NCBI GenBank assembly: GCA_043228905.1
Contig: JBHGNT010000007.1
Location: 10,664,001-10,728,000, forward strand
Length of the DNA stretch: 64,000 bases
Source: Azolla caroliniana
Lineage: Eukaryota > Plantae > Polypodiophyta
Direction of reading: 5' to 3'
A program made the position numbers and the translations under genes. Shown here piece by piece: positions 13,509 through 24,669 of this stretch (the first letter of the stretch is position 1; each line of letters opens with the position of its first letter). The notes under the pieces are model-generated. The model made no database searches. It was not told the origin of the DNA and worked only from the letters and a program-made list of their open reading frames with translations.

Positions 13509-16500
13509 TGACGGGAACTCAACGCTCCTTATACACAATGCTTGGCCACAACCGAGCTTCTTTTCATACACAGGAAACATGAAACGAAAAACACGCGACA
13601 CAAAGGAGAGAAAAGGGTACACAAAATGTTTACGTGGAAAACCCAAAGAGGGAAAAACCACGGCAGCCCACAGGCTGCAAACTATCACTAAGTTGGAATG
13701 TACAAAACAGTGAGTTCACGAAGGCAACGACCACGTGCTCACGATCTTCGCCACATGCGGCGGTTACATCAGAGGCAGCGACCTCTTTCCCTCTCTCTCT
13801 CTCTGTACACTGTTACGTGCTCTCTCTACTTACGAATTTACGAATGTCTCTTCCTCCGGTTCGCACCGGGTCTGCGTCATCCGGCTCTCCGTAGCCGGGT
13901 GCTCCTCATCCGGTTCTCACCGGTTCTGCACCATCCGGCTCTCCGTAGCCGGGTACTCCTCATCCGGTTCACACTGGACCTGCACCATCCGGCTCTCCGT
14001 AGCCGGGTACTCCTCATCCGGTTTCCATTAGCACTGTTCTTCTCCCTTCCCATCCGGAGGGACCTGTCTCCCAAGAAACTCCCCCTTCACTCCGGCATGG
14101 GGTTTTTGATCAGTCCGATCCGCTTCCGGCATGCATCCAGCTTGTCGGGTATCAAAACTTTGGTCAGCATATCTGACCCGTTCTCGGTCGTGTGGATCTT
14201 CGTCAGCGCGAACTCCTGGTCATCTACTCTCTCCTAGATCCAGTGATGTCTTCGCTGGATATGCTTCGTCCGAGAATGGTAGGCCGCATTCTTAGCAAGG
14301 TGGATGGCACTTTGACTGTCGCAATAGAGTCGGTATTCCTCTTGCCGGATACCGAGCTCTCCGATGAAATCCTTCATCCATAATATTTCCTTGCCGGCTT
14401 CCACAGCCGCCATGTACTCCGCCTCTGTGGTTGACAATGCAACCGTCTTCTACAACCTTGACTGCCACGAAACAGCTCCCCCTGCATATGTCATTACATA
14501 CCCGGATGTAGACCGACTGGTATCCACATCAGCCGATATGTCCGAATTGGTGAAACCGTCCAATTGAGGTTTTCCGGAGCCGAATCGGAGACACATATTT
14601 GAAGTGCCCTTCAAATACCGGAGTATCCATTTGACCGCGTTCCAGTGCTCCTTGTCGGGATTGCTCATAAACCGGCTCACCACTCCGACTGCGCATCCTA
14701 TGTCCAGTCGGGTACAAACCATTGCGTACATCAAGCTCCCGACGGCAGAGGCATATGGAATCTTCATCATATCTGCCTTCTCTGCTTTCGTCTTAGGGCT
14801 TTGCTTACCGGATAGCCTGCAGTTTGCTGGAAGTGTCGATCCGACCGGTTTCGCCTCTGACATGTTAAACCGGTGAAGCACCTTTGTCACATACTTCTCC
14901 TGTGACAACCATAATTGCTTCACTGACCGGTCCCGAATGATGTGCATCCCCAACATCTGTCTTGCCGGACCCAAGTCTTTCATTGAGAAGGTCCGGTTGA
15001 GAGCCTTCTTCAGCATCCGTATTTTGACTTCGTCCCGTCCGACGATCAACATGTCATCCACGTACAGAAGGAGTATCAGGAAGTCTCCTCCTTCGAACTT
15101 CTTCACAAACACGCAATGATCGGCCTGCGTCTTGTGGTACCCTTGATCGGTCATGAAGGAGTCGAACTTCCGGTACCATTGTCGGGGAGCCTGCTTCAGT
15201 CCGTACAGGCTCTTCTTCAACTGGCATACCAGGTGCTCCTTCCCTTTCTCCACGAAACCTTCCGGTTGCTGCATGTAGATCTGCTCTTCGAGGTCGCCGT
15301 GAAGGAATGCCGTCTTCACGTCCATCTGGTCTACCTCAAGGTCCATGCTTGCTGCTATACTCAGCATTGTCCGAATGGAGGTCATCTTTACTACCGGGGC
15401 AAATATCTCGTCGAAGTCCACGCCCTTCTTCTGCTAGAACCCCTTCACCACGATCCTGGCTTTGTATCTTGGGGGGTTCCCGGCATCTCCCGGTTTCAAC
15501 TTGTAGACCCACTTGTTTCGAAGTGCCCGCTTTCCTTTTGGCAACTCCACCAATTCGTACGTATGGTTCTCATGCAGGGAATCCATCTCGTCCTGCATGG
15601 CACTTAACCATTTTCGGCTGTGGGTTTTATCCTTCGCTTTGTCGAAGCTTTCCGGCTCCCCCTCATCGGTCAGCAGAACATGCTCTGCATCCGGAAATCT
15701 CTGGGGGGCCCTTCTCTCTCTGAGAGGATATCTACGTCTTCCGGCTTCGGTAACCGGCTCCTCCATTCGCTCTTCATCCGAATCCGATTCGGGTCTTGGC
15801 CGGTTCCGGTTTCAGCTTCCTCTACTTCTTCTTCTGCCGGTTCGGTATCCTCACCGTATCCGGCTGGTTCTTCGAGTGCTAACCGGTCTCTCGCCGGTTG
15901 GGTCTACTCATCGTAGAGTCGATCCTTACCGGTCGACTCGGAGTTCATTATCTTCTTCTCCGACTCCCAGTCGGCGAGCGTCTTGTCGTCCATGAAGATA
16001 ATATCTCGACTCCGGAATACCTTCTTGTCGACCGGGTCCCACACTTGGTAGCCGAACTCATCGTCACCGTAACCGAGGAATATGCATGGCCAGGTCTTTG
16101 GATCTAACTTTCGTCTCCAGTCCTTTGCTACATGCACGTACGCGAGACACCCGAACACCTTCAGATGCCGGTAGGACACTTCCTTACCGGTCCATACTCT
16201 TTGTGGCGTGTCTCCGTCCAAGGGTACTGAGGGTGATCTGTTTATCACGTATGTCGTTGTCGACAATGCCTCAGCCCAAAACTTCTTGGGTAGTTTTGCA
16301 TGCGCTAGCATACTCCGGACCCTCTCCATTATGGTCTGGTTCATCCTCTCGGCCAGTCCGTTTAGTTCCGGCGTCTTCGGCACGATAAATTCGAGCCGGA
16401 TTCCCTTCGAGCGGCAGTACTCCTCAAACTACCCTCGGTACTCTCCTCCGTTATCTGCTCGAACCGCCTTCAGCTTCCGGCCGGTTTCTCTTTCCACTCT

Positions 16501-18795
16501 CGCGTGGAGCTCTTTGAAGACGGATAGCACCTGATCCTTCGTCTTCAACGGTGTGGCCCACAGCTTCCGGATGTGGTCATCTATGAACGTCACGAATTAC
16601 TGCGCTCCGGCATGTGACTTTGTGTCTACTTGACACACATCCGTATGCACCAACTCCAGTGGTGCATTACGTCTCACTGGTGGCCTTGGTCGGAAGGAGG
16701 TCCGGTTCTGCTTACTGGTCAGACAATCAGTGCACTTCTCTAAGTGCACGTTCTTCACTGGAATGAGGTTGTCGTCTGCAAGCCTCTTCATCCCCTTCTC
16801 GCTCATATGACAAAGCCTCTTGTGCCACAGCTCACCGGCAGTGTCGGATGCCACGTTCACTTCTTCCGGACATAACCGGGCATTCATCAGGTATAGTGTG
16901 TTGACCTTCCGGGCCTGAGCCACAATCAAGCTCCCTTTGCTGAACTTCATGACACCATTCCGGATGCTACCCGTGTAGCCTTCATCATCTAGCCGACCGA
17001 CTGATATCAGGTTCAGACGAACCTCCGGAACGTGTCGAACATCCTTCAGCAGCAACTTGCATTCGGTTGGTGTTCACAGCCACACGTCTCCTATGCCGAC
17101 AATTCAGCATGTACCTTCATTCCCCATCCGGACACAACCGTGGTCACCGACTGAGTAGGATGAGAAGCATTTCCGGTCCGGGGTAAGGTGGAACGATGCT
17201 CTAGAGTCTACCACCCAGGTCATCTCGTCGCCGGCAACATTTATCTCACTCACCTCGGTGATGAGCATCAACTCTTCTTCACTTGCCGCGATTGCCGTCG
17301 TTCCCTTGCGGTCCGTCCCCTTCCGGTCTTTACCGTTCCGGTCCGGGGTCCGCCTCGAATCGGTACCGTCGGTTTCCTTGTCTTTACGGAAATGCCGACA
17401 GTTCTTTTGGAAGTGACCCGGCTTGCCGCAATAGAAGCAAGTGGGCCTCCCCCTTGACTTTGACCGTGTCCCCGACTTCTCCCGGTTCTGGGGACTACGG
17501 TTTCTATGTCTTCCGCATTCCGATTCGGTAAGGAGCGCTTTGGAGTCGGAGCTCGTATCTTTATCTTTCCGACGCGCCTCCTCATCTAGCAAGCTCGACT
17601 TTACTCTTGCTAGGGATAACCGTTTTCCTTCCGGTCCGGCATTGCCCAAAGTGACAACCAACGTCTCCCAGCTATCCGGGAGGGAACCGAGCAAGAGCAG
17701 CGCTAGTACCTCATCGGCGAGAGGTACTTCCAATGACGTTGCTTGGTGTATCAGCCCCTGGAAGGCATTCATATGCTCCTCCATGCTGGAGCAATCTTGG
17801 TACCGGAGTCTTACTAGCTTCCGGAATACCGAAACCTGATTAACAACATTTTTGTTTTGAAACATTATGCCGATCTTCTCCCAGAGCTCATGAGCCTTGC
17901 TCTCTTCATTGAAGTTGTTGTACAGGCTCATGTCGATGAAGCACCGTATGTACGTCGTTGTCTTCATGTGCATCACCTCCCATATCGCGGCGTCGATTTT
18001 GTCCGGTCTCTTGTCCCCGAACTGAACCGGTAGCCAGAGGTCTTTAACCACGAGCATGTCCCTTATCTTCGACTTCCATACAGAATAGTTGGAGTCGGTG
18101 AGCTTGAACATGCCGCCAAACGATTCGTCCATATTTCTGTGTCGTTTCGCTCTGATACCACTTGACGGGAACTCAATGCTCCTTATACACAACGCTTGGC
18201 CACAACCGAGCTTCTTTTCATACATAGGAAACAGGAAACGAAAAACACGCGACACAAAGGAGAGAAAAGGGTACACAGAATGTTTACGTGGAAAACCCAA
18301 AGAGGGAAAAACCACGGCAGCCCACAGGCTGCAAACTATCACTAAGTTGGAATGTACAAAACAGTGAGTTCACGAAGGCAACGACCTCGTGCTCACGATC
18401 TTCGCCACATGCGGTGGTTACATCAGAGGCAGCGACCTCTTTCTCTCTCTCTCTCTCTCTGTACACTGTTACGTGCTCTCTCTACTTCTTGCACCAATAA
18501 GAAAATGACAACAACAACACCCTACAAGTTTGCCCTAAGTCATATTTATACTAATATGACTTTTCGGCTATTTACAAATGTAGCCTCGATGGGCTCTCAG
18601 AAACATATTTACGAATATGTCTCTTCCTCCGGTTCGCACCGGGTCTGCGTCATCCGGCTCTCCGTAGCCGGGTGCTCCTCATCCGGTTCTCACCAGTTTT
18701 GCACCATCCGGCTCTCCGTAGCCGGGTACTCCTCATCTGGTTTCCATCAGCACTGTTCTTCTCCCTTCCCATCCGGAGGGACCTGTCTCCCAACA
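13509..18795 (-). mobile_element. Full-length Ty1/copia element C (Tnt1/Tork-like)
   Basis: LTRs 13509-14076 and 18163-18795; perfect TSD AAACG; PBS TGGTATCAGAGC 18149-18160; PPT next to 14077. gag-pol ~14087-18133 with several stops and frameshifts. Confidence 0.93.
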
Positions 18796-19189
18796 AAACG
18801 GCCTCCCTCCTTGAGCTATAAATGAGAGGGAGACGGGGGAGAGAAGACATTGCGCGCTAGAAGGAACAAAGTGTTGTCGGACTGGGACCGAGCTCTTCTT
18901 CTCTGTCGTTCCCCATAGCTTTCTTTTGCGCAGGTTCTCAGGAGGCTGATTCTACTCCGTGCAACGCCCGTGTGCTTCCGGCAGAATCTCCATCTTGCTC
19001 TCCTGTGTGCGTGGGTGATCAGGCGTCAGCATCCACCTCACCGACCTGATCGGCTGTAACCGTTCGAGTCGTCTACATACATACAAATACATGCCTATAT
19101 TTACATACATACTCTAGTGTTCTCAACTCGTGTCTCCTGTGTTGTTGTGCCGCGTCCCCGTGCGCTTCTTTGTCTATACGTGAGTGAGC

Positions 19190-19230
<41 letters not shown>

Positions 19231-19493
19231 AAAGCTCTCTGTAAGTTCACTCCGGCCATCGTTTTCTACGTTCTATAGCTCGTTGGAAAGCTCTTTGAGA
19301 GAGGTTTCTAAAGAATGTTCATTTACTGAATTCCGTTACCGTGGCGAGAAGTTATGAGCATTTTCATCCGCAGCCATCTTTGCCCCACGGTTCCTCAAAC
19401 GGAAGGTAGATTTTGAAGCCCTAAATCGAGTGAAAGGTACATTCTCTCTCCTTCCCTCTTTGTCTCTCTTTTCCCGTACGGTTTATCCCTACA

Positions 19494-20363
19494 ATGGCAA
19501 ATACTCGTAAAACCGCCGCAAAGTTTGGGGGTATGATTGATAATGAGCCGAGATCACCAACAAATCTCGATTCTAATGCAATGGACAAAATGCTTATGAG
19601 TCACTTGATTTCTCTTCAAGAAACCATAAACAAGCAAGGTGAAGAGATTAGGATGTTAATGAAAGAGAATACTAAGCTCCAAAGTGTTGTCATTGAGAAT
19701 GAAAGTCTTAAACAAGTGGTTGCAAAACTTCAAGAAGAGATTCAAGAATGTAAAAGAGCTTCATTTGAAACAAATGAGCGCCTTAACAAGATTGAGTTAA
19801 AGGAAGCATTAAAAGAAGAAAAATTGGATACGATGAGGCGGGATGTAAGTGAGATGAAAAATGTATGTACAACGAAGTCATGGGCCGATGTATGTGGTGG
19901 GGATGTGTTATCAAACTCATCTAATATGCATGTGATGCATCAAGAGAAGAATATAGAAAGCATAGATGTCCGAGAATTGAAAGAACGCGAACGACGATCA
20001 AAGAACATTGTCGTCCGTGGGATTAAAGAAGAGAGTATGGAAACACCCGCATCCCTTGGAAAGGCCATTGGTGAATTTTTTAGCATGCATTATGGGATGT
20101 CAGATGTGAATGTATATGGGGCACACCGAGTTGGGAAACATGGTGTTACTCGCTCCGGAGAAAGGCCTATTGTATGCACAATGACAGATGATACAAAGCG
20201 GCGGATCATACTCGAAAATAGTTGGGTATACCTCAAAGGTACACAATGCTTTGTGAGTGAAGATCGTACTATCTCACAACAAAATGCTCGTCGTAAAGCA
20301 TATGAAGAAAGATTGAAAAACAAGGTTAAGGATGTGCCTAAAGATGGAAATGTAGGCAAATAG
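19494..20363 (+). CDS. LINE ORF1 protein (coiled coil plus L1/CR1-type RRM-like region)
   Basis: 289-aa open ORF; heptad-rich N-terminal half; RSKNIVVRGIKE, HRVGK, RPIV and SEDRT motifs typical of LINE ORF1p. Confidence 0.85.
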   Translation: MANTRKTAAKFGGMIDNEPRSPTNLDSNAMDKMLMSHLISLQETINKQGEEIRMLMKENTKLQSVVIENESLKQVVAKLQEEIQECKRASFETNERLNKIELKEALKEEKLDTMRRDVSEMKNVCTTKSWADVCGGDVLSNSSNMHVMHQEKNIESIDVRELKERERRSKNIVVRGIKEESMETPASLGKAIGEFFSMHYGMSDVNVYGAHRVGKHGVTRSGERPIVCTMTDDTKRRIILENSWVYLKGTQCFVSEDRTISQQNARRKAYEERLKNKVKDVPKDGNVGK

Positions 20364-20369
20364 GGACAC

Positions 20370-23300
20370 GTGATCTATGAGACTAACCCACGCCTTTTAC
20401 GACTATGCTTTTGGAATTGCAATGGATACCCATGGAATGCGGGATTTGGCATAGAGGAGTTCACCAATGACTCGGATATCACACTTCTTGTTGAAACATG
20501 GGAGCATGATACTCAAAGGATTCAAGGTTTAGGAAACTATAATGTACACTCTTTGATATGGAAGAAAAATCCAAGACAAAGAAGAGGACAAGGAGGGGTG
20601 GCATGTTTGATTAAGAAGGAAATAGAGAAATATGTGTCAATCATAAAAAATGATGAAAATAAATGCTACATATGGCTCAAAATAGAAACACCTAATGATT
20701 TGCCCACTTTTGTTGTTGGATGTTACATTCCTCATCAAGATTCTAACTTTTATGCTTGTTTGGATAAAGATCAACCGTTTGCCAATCTAGAAGATGATAT
20801 TGCTTATTTCAAATCCAAAGGGGAAGTTATTGTCTTTGGTGACATGAATGCTCGTACAAGAAGTTTCCAACTTGATTCACAAGAATCTTTCATGCCACAT
20901 ATCTCAAGGATGCAAGAGGATATGCAAATGTATAACCGCTCTTCTAGCGATGAAAAAGATCCGGACCAATTTGGGAAGTTACTCCTACAAATGTGCAATA
21001 GTACCGGATTGCTTATTGCAAATGGTATTTCCTTATGGCCCAACACTAATGGTTTTACATGTAGAAAATACAACGGAAATAGTGTGATTGATTATGTGCT
21101 ACTTTCCGAAGGTATTTTGGATCGTATACATAAATTCTCACTTGGTGAATGGACACCGGAATCAGATCATAGGCCTTTATGTATTGATCTCAAATGTATG
21201 CATAGGTTTGATTGTGAGAAGGCTATTGAAGATAATAAACAACCGCACTTGAGCATGAACCTTAAGCGAGCACCCATGTATTCCAAGATGGTTGAGGATA
21301 TGTTACAAATGACAAAGATACAACATGGTGCCACACTAGAATGCAAATGGGAAGCTTTCAAGAAAGTCATTCTCTCATGTACAAACAAATGTTTTTCGAC
21401 CAACCGCACATCTTGGAAATGCACCAAGAAACTTAGGAAAAAATGGTTTGATAAAGAATGTCGTGAAGCTCGAAAGTGCCTTATGGTTTTGGATGTAGTT
21501 AAGGATAAAGAGAATTACCAAAAGCATTTGCATGAGTATAAAAGGCTTATTCAAAGAAAGAGAAGAATATGGGAAGTTACTCAACAATTTATCCAAACAC
21601 AAGAGAAAGCACATGCATGTGCTAAATTTTGGGGAAATCTAAAGGGAAAACGTGTTGAGAGTTATGGTGACTTAACTCTTCACGACTTGTCTATGCATTG
21701 TAAGAATTTATATGAGTTATCTCTTGCCGGAAAGATGATGTGTTATGGTTCTCTTTCACATATGCCTTCCTTCTTTACAATTGAAGATATATGCATAGGA
21801 CTTAAGAAATTGGCCTCTCGAAAGGCAAGCGATCTTCAATGTATAAAGGCTGAAATGCTCAAATGGACGGGAAAGGAAGCACATATATGGATAAGCGATA
21901 TGTTTAATGATGCATTGCAACATGGTATGTCGTACGATTGGACTACAAATTGGATCAAACCTTTACATAAAGGTGGAGATATAAATAATGTAAACAACTA
22001 TCGAACCATCATGGTTGGCTCATTAATGGCAAAACTATTTGGAATGTATAATGGAATCAAAGATAAGTGTATGGGCTGAAAAAAGTGGTAAGAGAGCTTA
22101 TGGACAAGCTGGCTTTCGGAAACACCATAGCACCATTGATCACCTTATCACCCTTCGAGTATTAATGGAGGAAAGTCGCCTTAGAGGTAAAGGTTTATAT
22201 TGTTGCTTTGTAGACTTCAAGAAAGCTTTTGATATGGTACCTCGTGAGCATCTTTGGAGGCGAATGGAAGAACTTGAGGTGCCAAGTGAATATATGCTTG
22301 CAATTTCCCGAATTTATGAGAAGGTTATATGTTGTGTGCGCATGAAAGATAAACTTTCAGATTTTTTCAAAAGCACTATTGGTGTTAAGCAAGGATGCCC
22401 ACTCTCACCAACACTATTTGGTCTATGCATTGATGAATTGGAAGAAATGGTTACCAAGTTTGCAAAGGAAGAATGTGTTGAAGAAGTTGCCATTGGGAAT
22501 GTTGTGATTATGCTTTTGCTATATGCAGATGACGTAGTGCTTTTTGCAAATACTTTAGGAGATGCACAAAAGCTTATGAAGGCATTGGAAAAATTTTGCA
22601 TGCATACTAAATTAAGTGTCAATAGCTCTAAAACAAAGATTATGCTTGTGAAGAGCCAAAAAAGAGATAAACCATGCATTATGTACAACAATGAGCCACT
22701 TGAATGTGTGGAAAGCTTCAAATATCTTGGCCTTGAAGTTCCTTCAAATCATAGATGGAATGAATGTGCTACACGCCGCTTAGAGGCGGGCAAACGAGCA
22801 TACTATGCATTTGAGAACACATGCAATCTTGGAGATATTAAGTGTTGGGTCCTCAAGAAATATCTTTTTGACACTTTGGTGACACCAGTTCTTCTCTATG
22901 GGGTGGAAGTATGGGGCGGTAGCATCCCTAAGTCTACGTGGAAAGAGTTTGAAAATGTCCAAAAGCATTTTCTTACCAAGTTTCTACAAGTTAAGAAACA
23001 AACGCCCTACACCCTGCTCCTCCTTGAGACGGGATCGCTTCCCATTGAGATCATGGCCATGGAAAGGGTTGTTGAATACATGCTTAAGGTTCAAAAAAGT
23101 CCCTCACATCGACTTCCTAGAATTGCGTGGGAAGCAAGCAAAAAGATCCAAAAGACGCATAAAAGCAAAATTTTGTGTTCCGGTTGGATGCAAGATATAG
23201 AAAAATGGTTTGGTAGATGGGATGCGAGACACTTGCTTCATGATGCATCATTAGATTCCTCTGTAAATGAGGCATTTTTGCAACGCCAATGTATCATGAC

Positions 23301-23745
23301 ATGGGACAAATGTGGAGGCTCACGCTTCACACATTATACTACACATGTTGCACCTAACTACAAAACCATATTCTTTGCGGAACGGGGAAATCGTACACAT
23401 CCATACATGTTAGAGCCCATACCGTTATCTGCCATTCGAACCATTGCTTCCATGCGACTTAGCTCACATGCATTGCGATGTGAAACAGGGCGTTGGGGTA
23501 CAAGTGATGAGAGTGGTCGGCTATGCACACTTTGCCCTAAACAAGTTCGCGAGTCTGAGTATCACACTTTGATACAATGCTCTGCCTTTGATCATATTCG
23601 ACCATGCTTTCCACATCTCTTCGATCGAGCCCAATCTTTGCATGAATTCCTCTCACAACCACAATGTGCACTCTCGATTGCAACGTTCATTGGTAAAGTT
23701 CTTGAACATCGAGAGTCACTACTCACTTTCACACGTATCACGTGA
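20370..23745 (+). pseudogene. LINE ORF2 (endonuclease / reverse transcriptase / CCHC) with one frameshift near 22043
   Basis: FWNCNG, ETW, GDMNAR, IDY, SDH (APE); NYRTI, QAGFR, DFKKAFD, GVKQGCPLSP, LYADD, YLG (RT). The two ORFs join as KLFG/CIMES if one base is removed. Confidence 0.92.
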
Positions 23746-24087
23746 AATGTAATATTTTTGGTCTCATAGGTCATATTTGATCTCCGAAGACGATAATATA
23801 ATCTATCTATCTATCTATCTATCTATCTCTCTCTCTCTCTCTTTCCTCACCTATTCCTCGGTCCAAGACCCTAGTGGTCCCGCCTTGTTCTCCACGCACG
23901 CGCGTAACAACGCGACAACGTGCAACATAAATTGATATGTGCACCATAAATGTGTACCATAAATTATATATCGAATTCCTAGGTCCATTATACATGATCC
24001 TTTGCCACATCGCGTAGGCCATCTCTAGTTGAGTATTGTGGGTTAGTTGCTACCACTGTTGCTAAACCCTATCGAGTCCACCTACTG

Positions 24088-24500
24088 CCACTCTACACTC
24101 AGGGGCCGCTACTGTGCGTTCCAAGCACCATCAAAGAGTTGCTCAATCTGACGGGGTTCTCTTCTCTGTGACACTCTACACTCAGGGGCCGCTACTTTGC
24201 GTTCCAAGCATCATCAAAGAGTTGTTCAATCTGACAGGGTTCTCTTCTCTATGCCACTCTACACTCAAGGGCCGCTACTGTGCGTTCCAAGCATCATCAA
24301 AGAGTTGTTCAATCTGACGGGGTTCTCCTCTCTGTGCCACTCTACACTCAGGGGCCGCTACTGTCCAGTCCTGGATTGCTTCCACATTTCGATTTAACGG
24401 AGTTCACTCATCCAACGGCAACATTCTACACTCAGTTGTCGCCATTGGTAGGTCTTGGATTGCCTCCTCAACTGTTCGATCCAATGGAGTGAACTCCTCT
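24088..24500 (+). repeat. ~83-bp tandem repeat (about 3.3 well-conserved units, then about 2 diverged ones)
   Basis: CTCTACACTCAGGGGCCGCTACT recurs at ~24092, 24173, 24256 and 24339, and degenerate at ~24423. Confidence 0.9.
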
Positions 24501-24669
24501 ACTCTTTGGTCTTGGATTGCAATAACTTTTCTGTCTATTGATTATCTTGTGTATTGCTGTGTCTTATCTTGTGTATTGTGGAATATTTTTGTGTATTGTT
24601 GTTGCCCATAGCCATCTTAAATACTTGTTTTTTTTTCTGGAAATTTAGGGTTTTAATATGTCTAGCTAA

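Larger units (their letters stand above)
19231..23826 (+). mobile_element. Near-intact LINE (APE endonuclease-RT-CCHC; RTE-X-like by motif) inserted in a (CT)n tract
   Basis: ORF1 plus ORF2; 3' tail (ATCT)n 23801-23826; flanked on both sides by (CT)n-TTC, the putative TSD. The gypsy 1 LTR resumes afterwards. Confidence 0.9.
9993..23917 (+). mobile_element. Ty3/gypsy element 1, 5'-truncated (pol plus an interrupted 3' LTR)
   Basis: RT (TVPHVPW, LPQG, FLDD), RNase H, integrase HHCC (GHRG..CESCQ) and core at 10039-13195; PPT-like GGTTAGGTGGGGGCGGA. The 3' LTR starts TGTCG at 13308 and ends GCGACA at 23917, split by copia C and the LINE. Same family as gypsy 2. Confidence 0.88.

Noticed and set aside
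24088-24500. CRISPR-like or guide-RNA array
   Set aside because: The first three units are near-identical over their whole length (no unique spacers), the context is eukaryotic, and no Cas/TnpB/Fanzor-like motifs were seen nearby.
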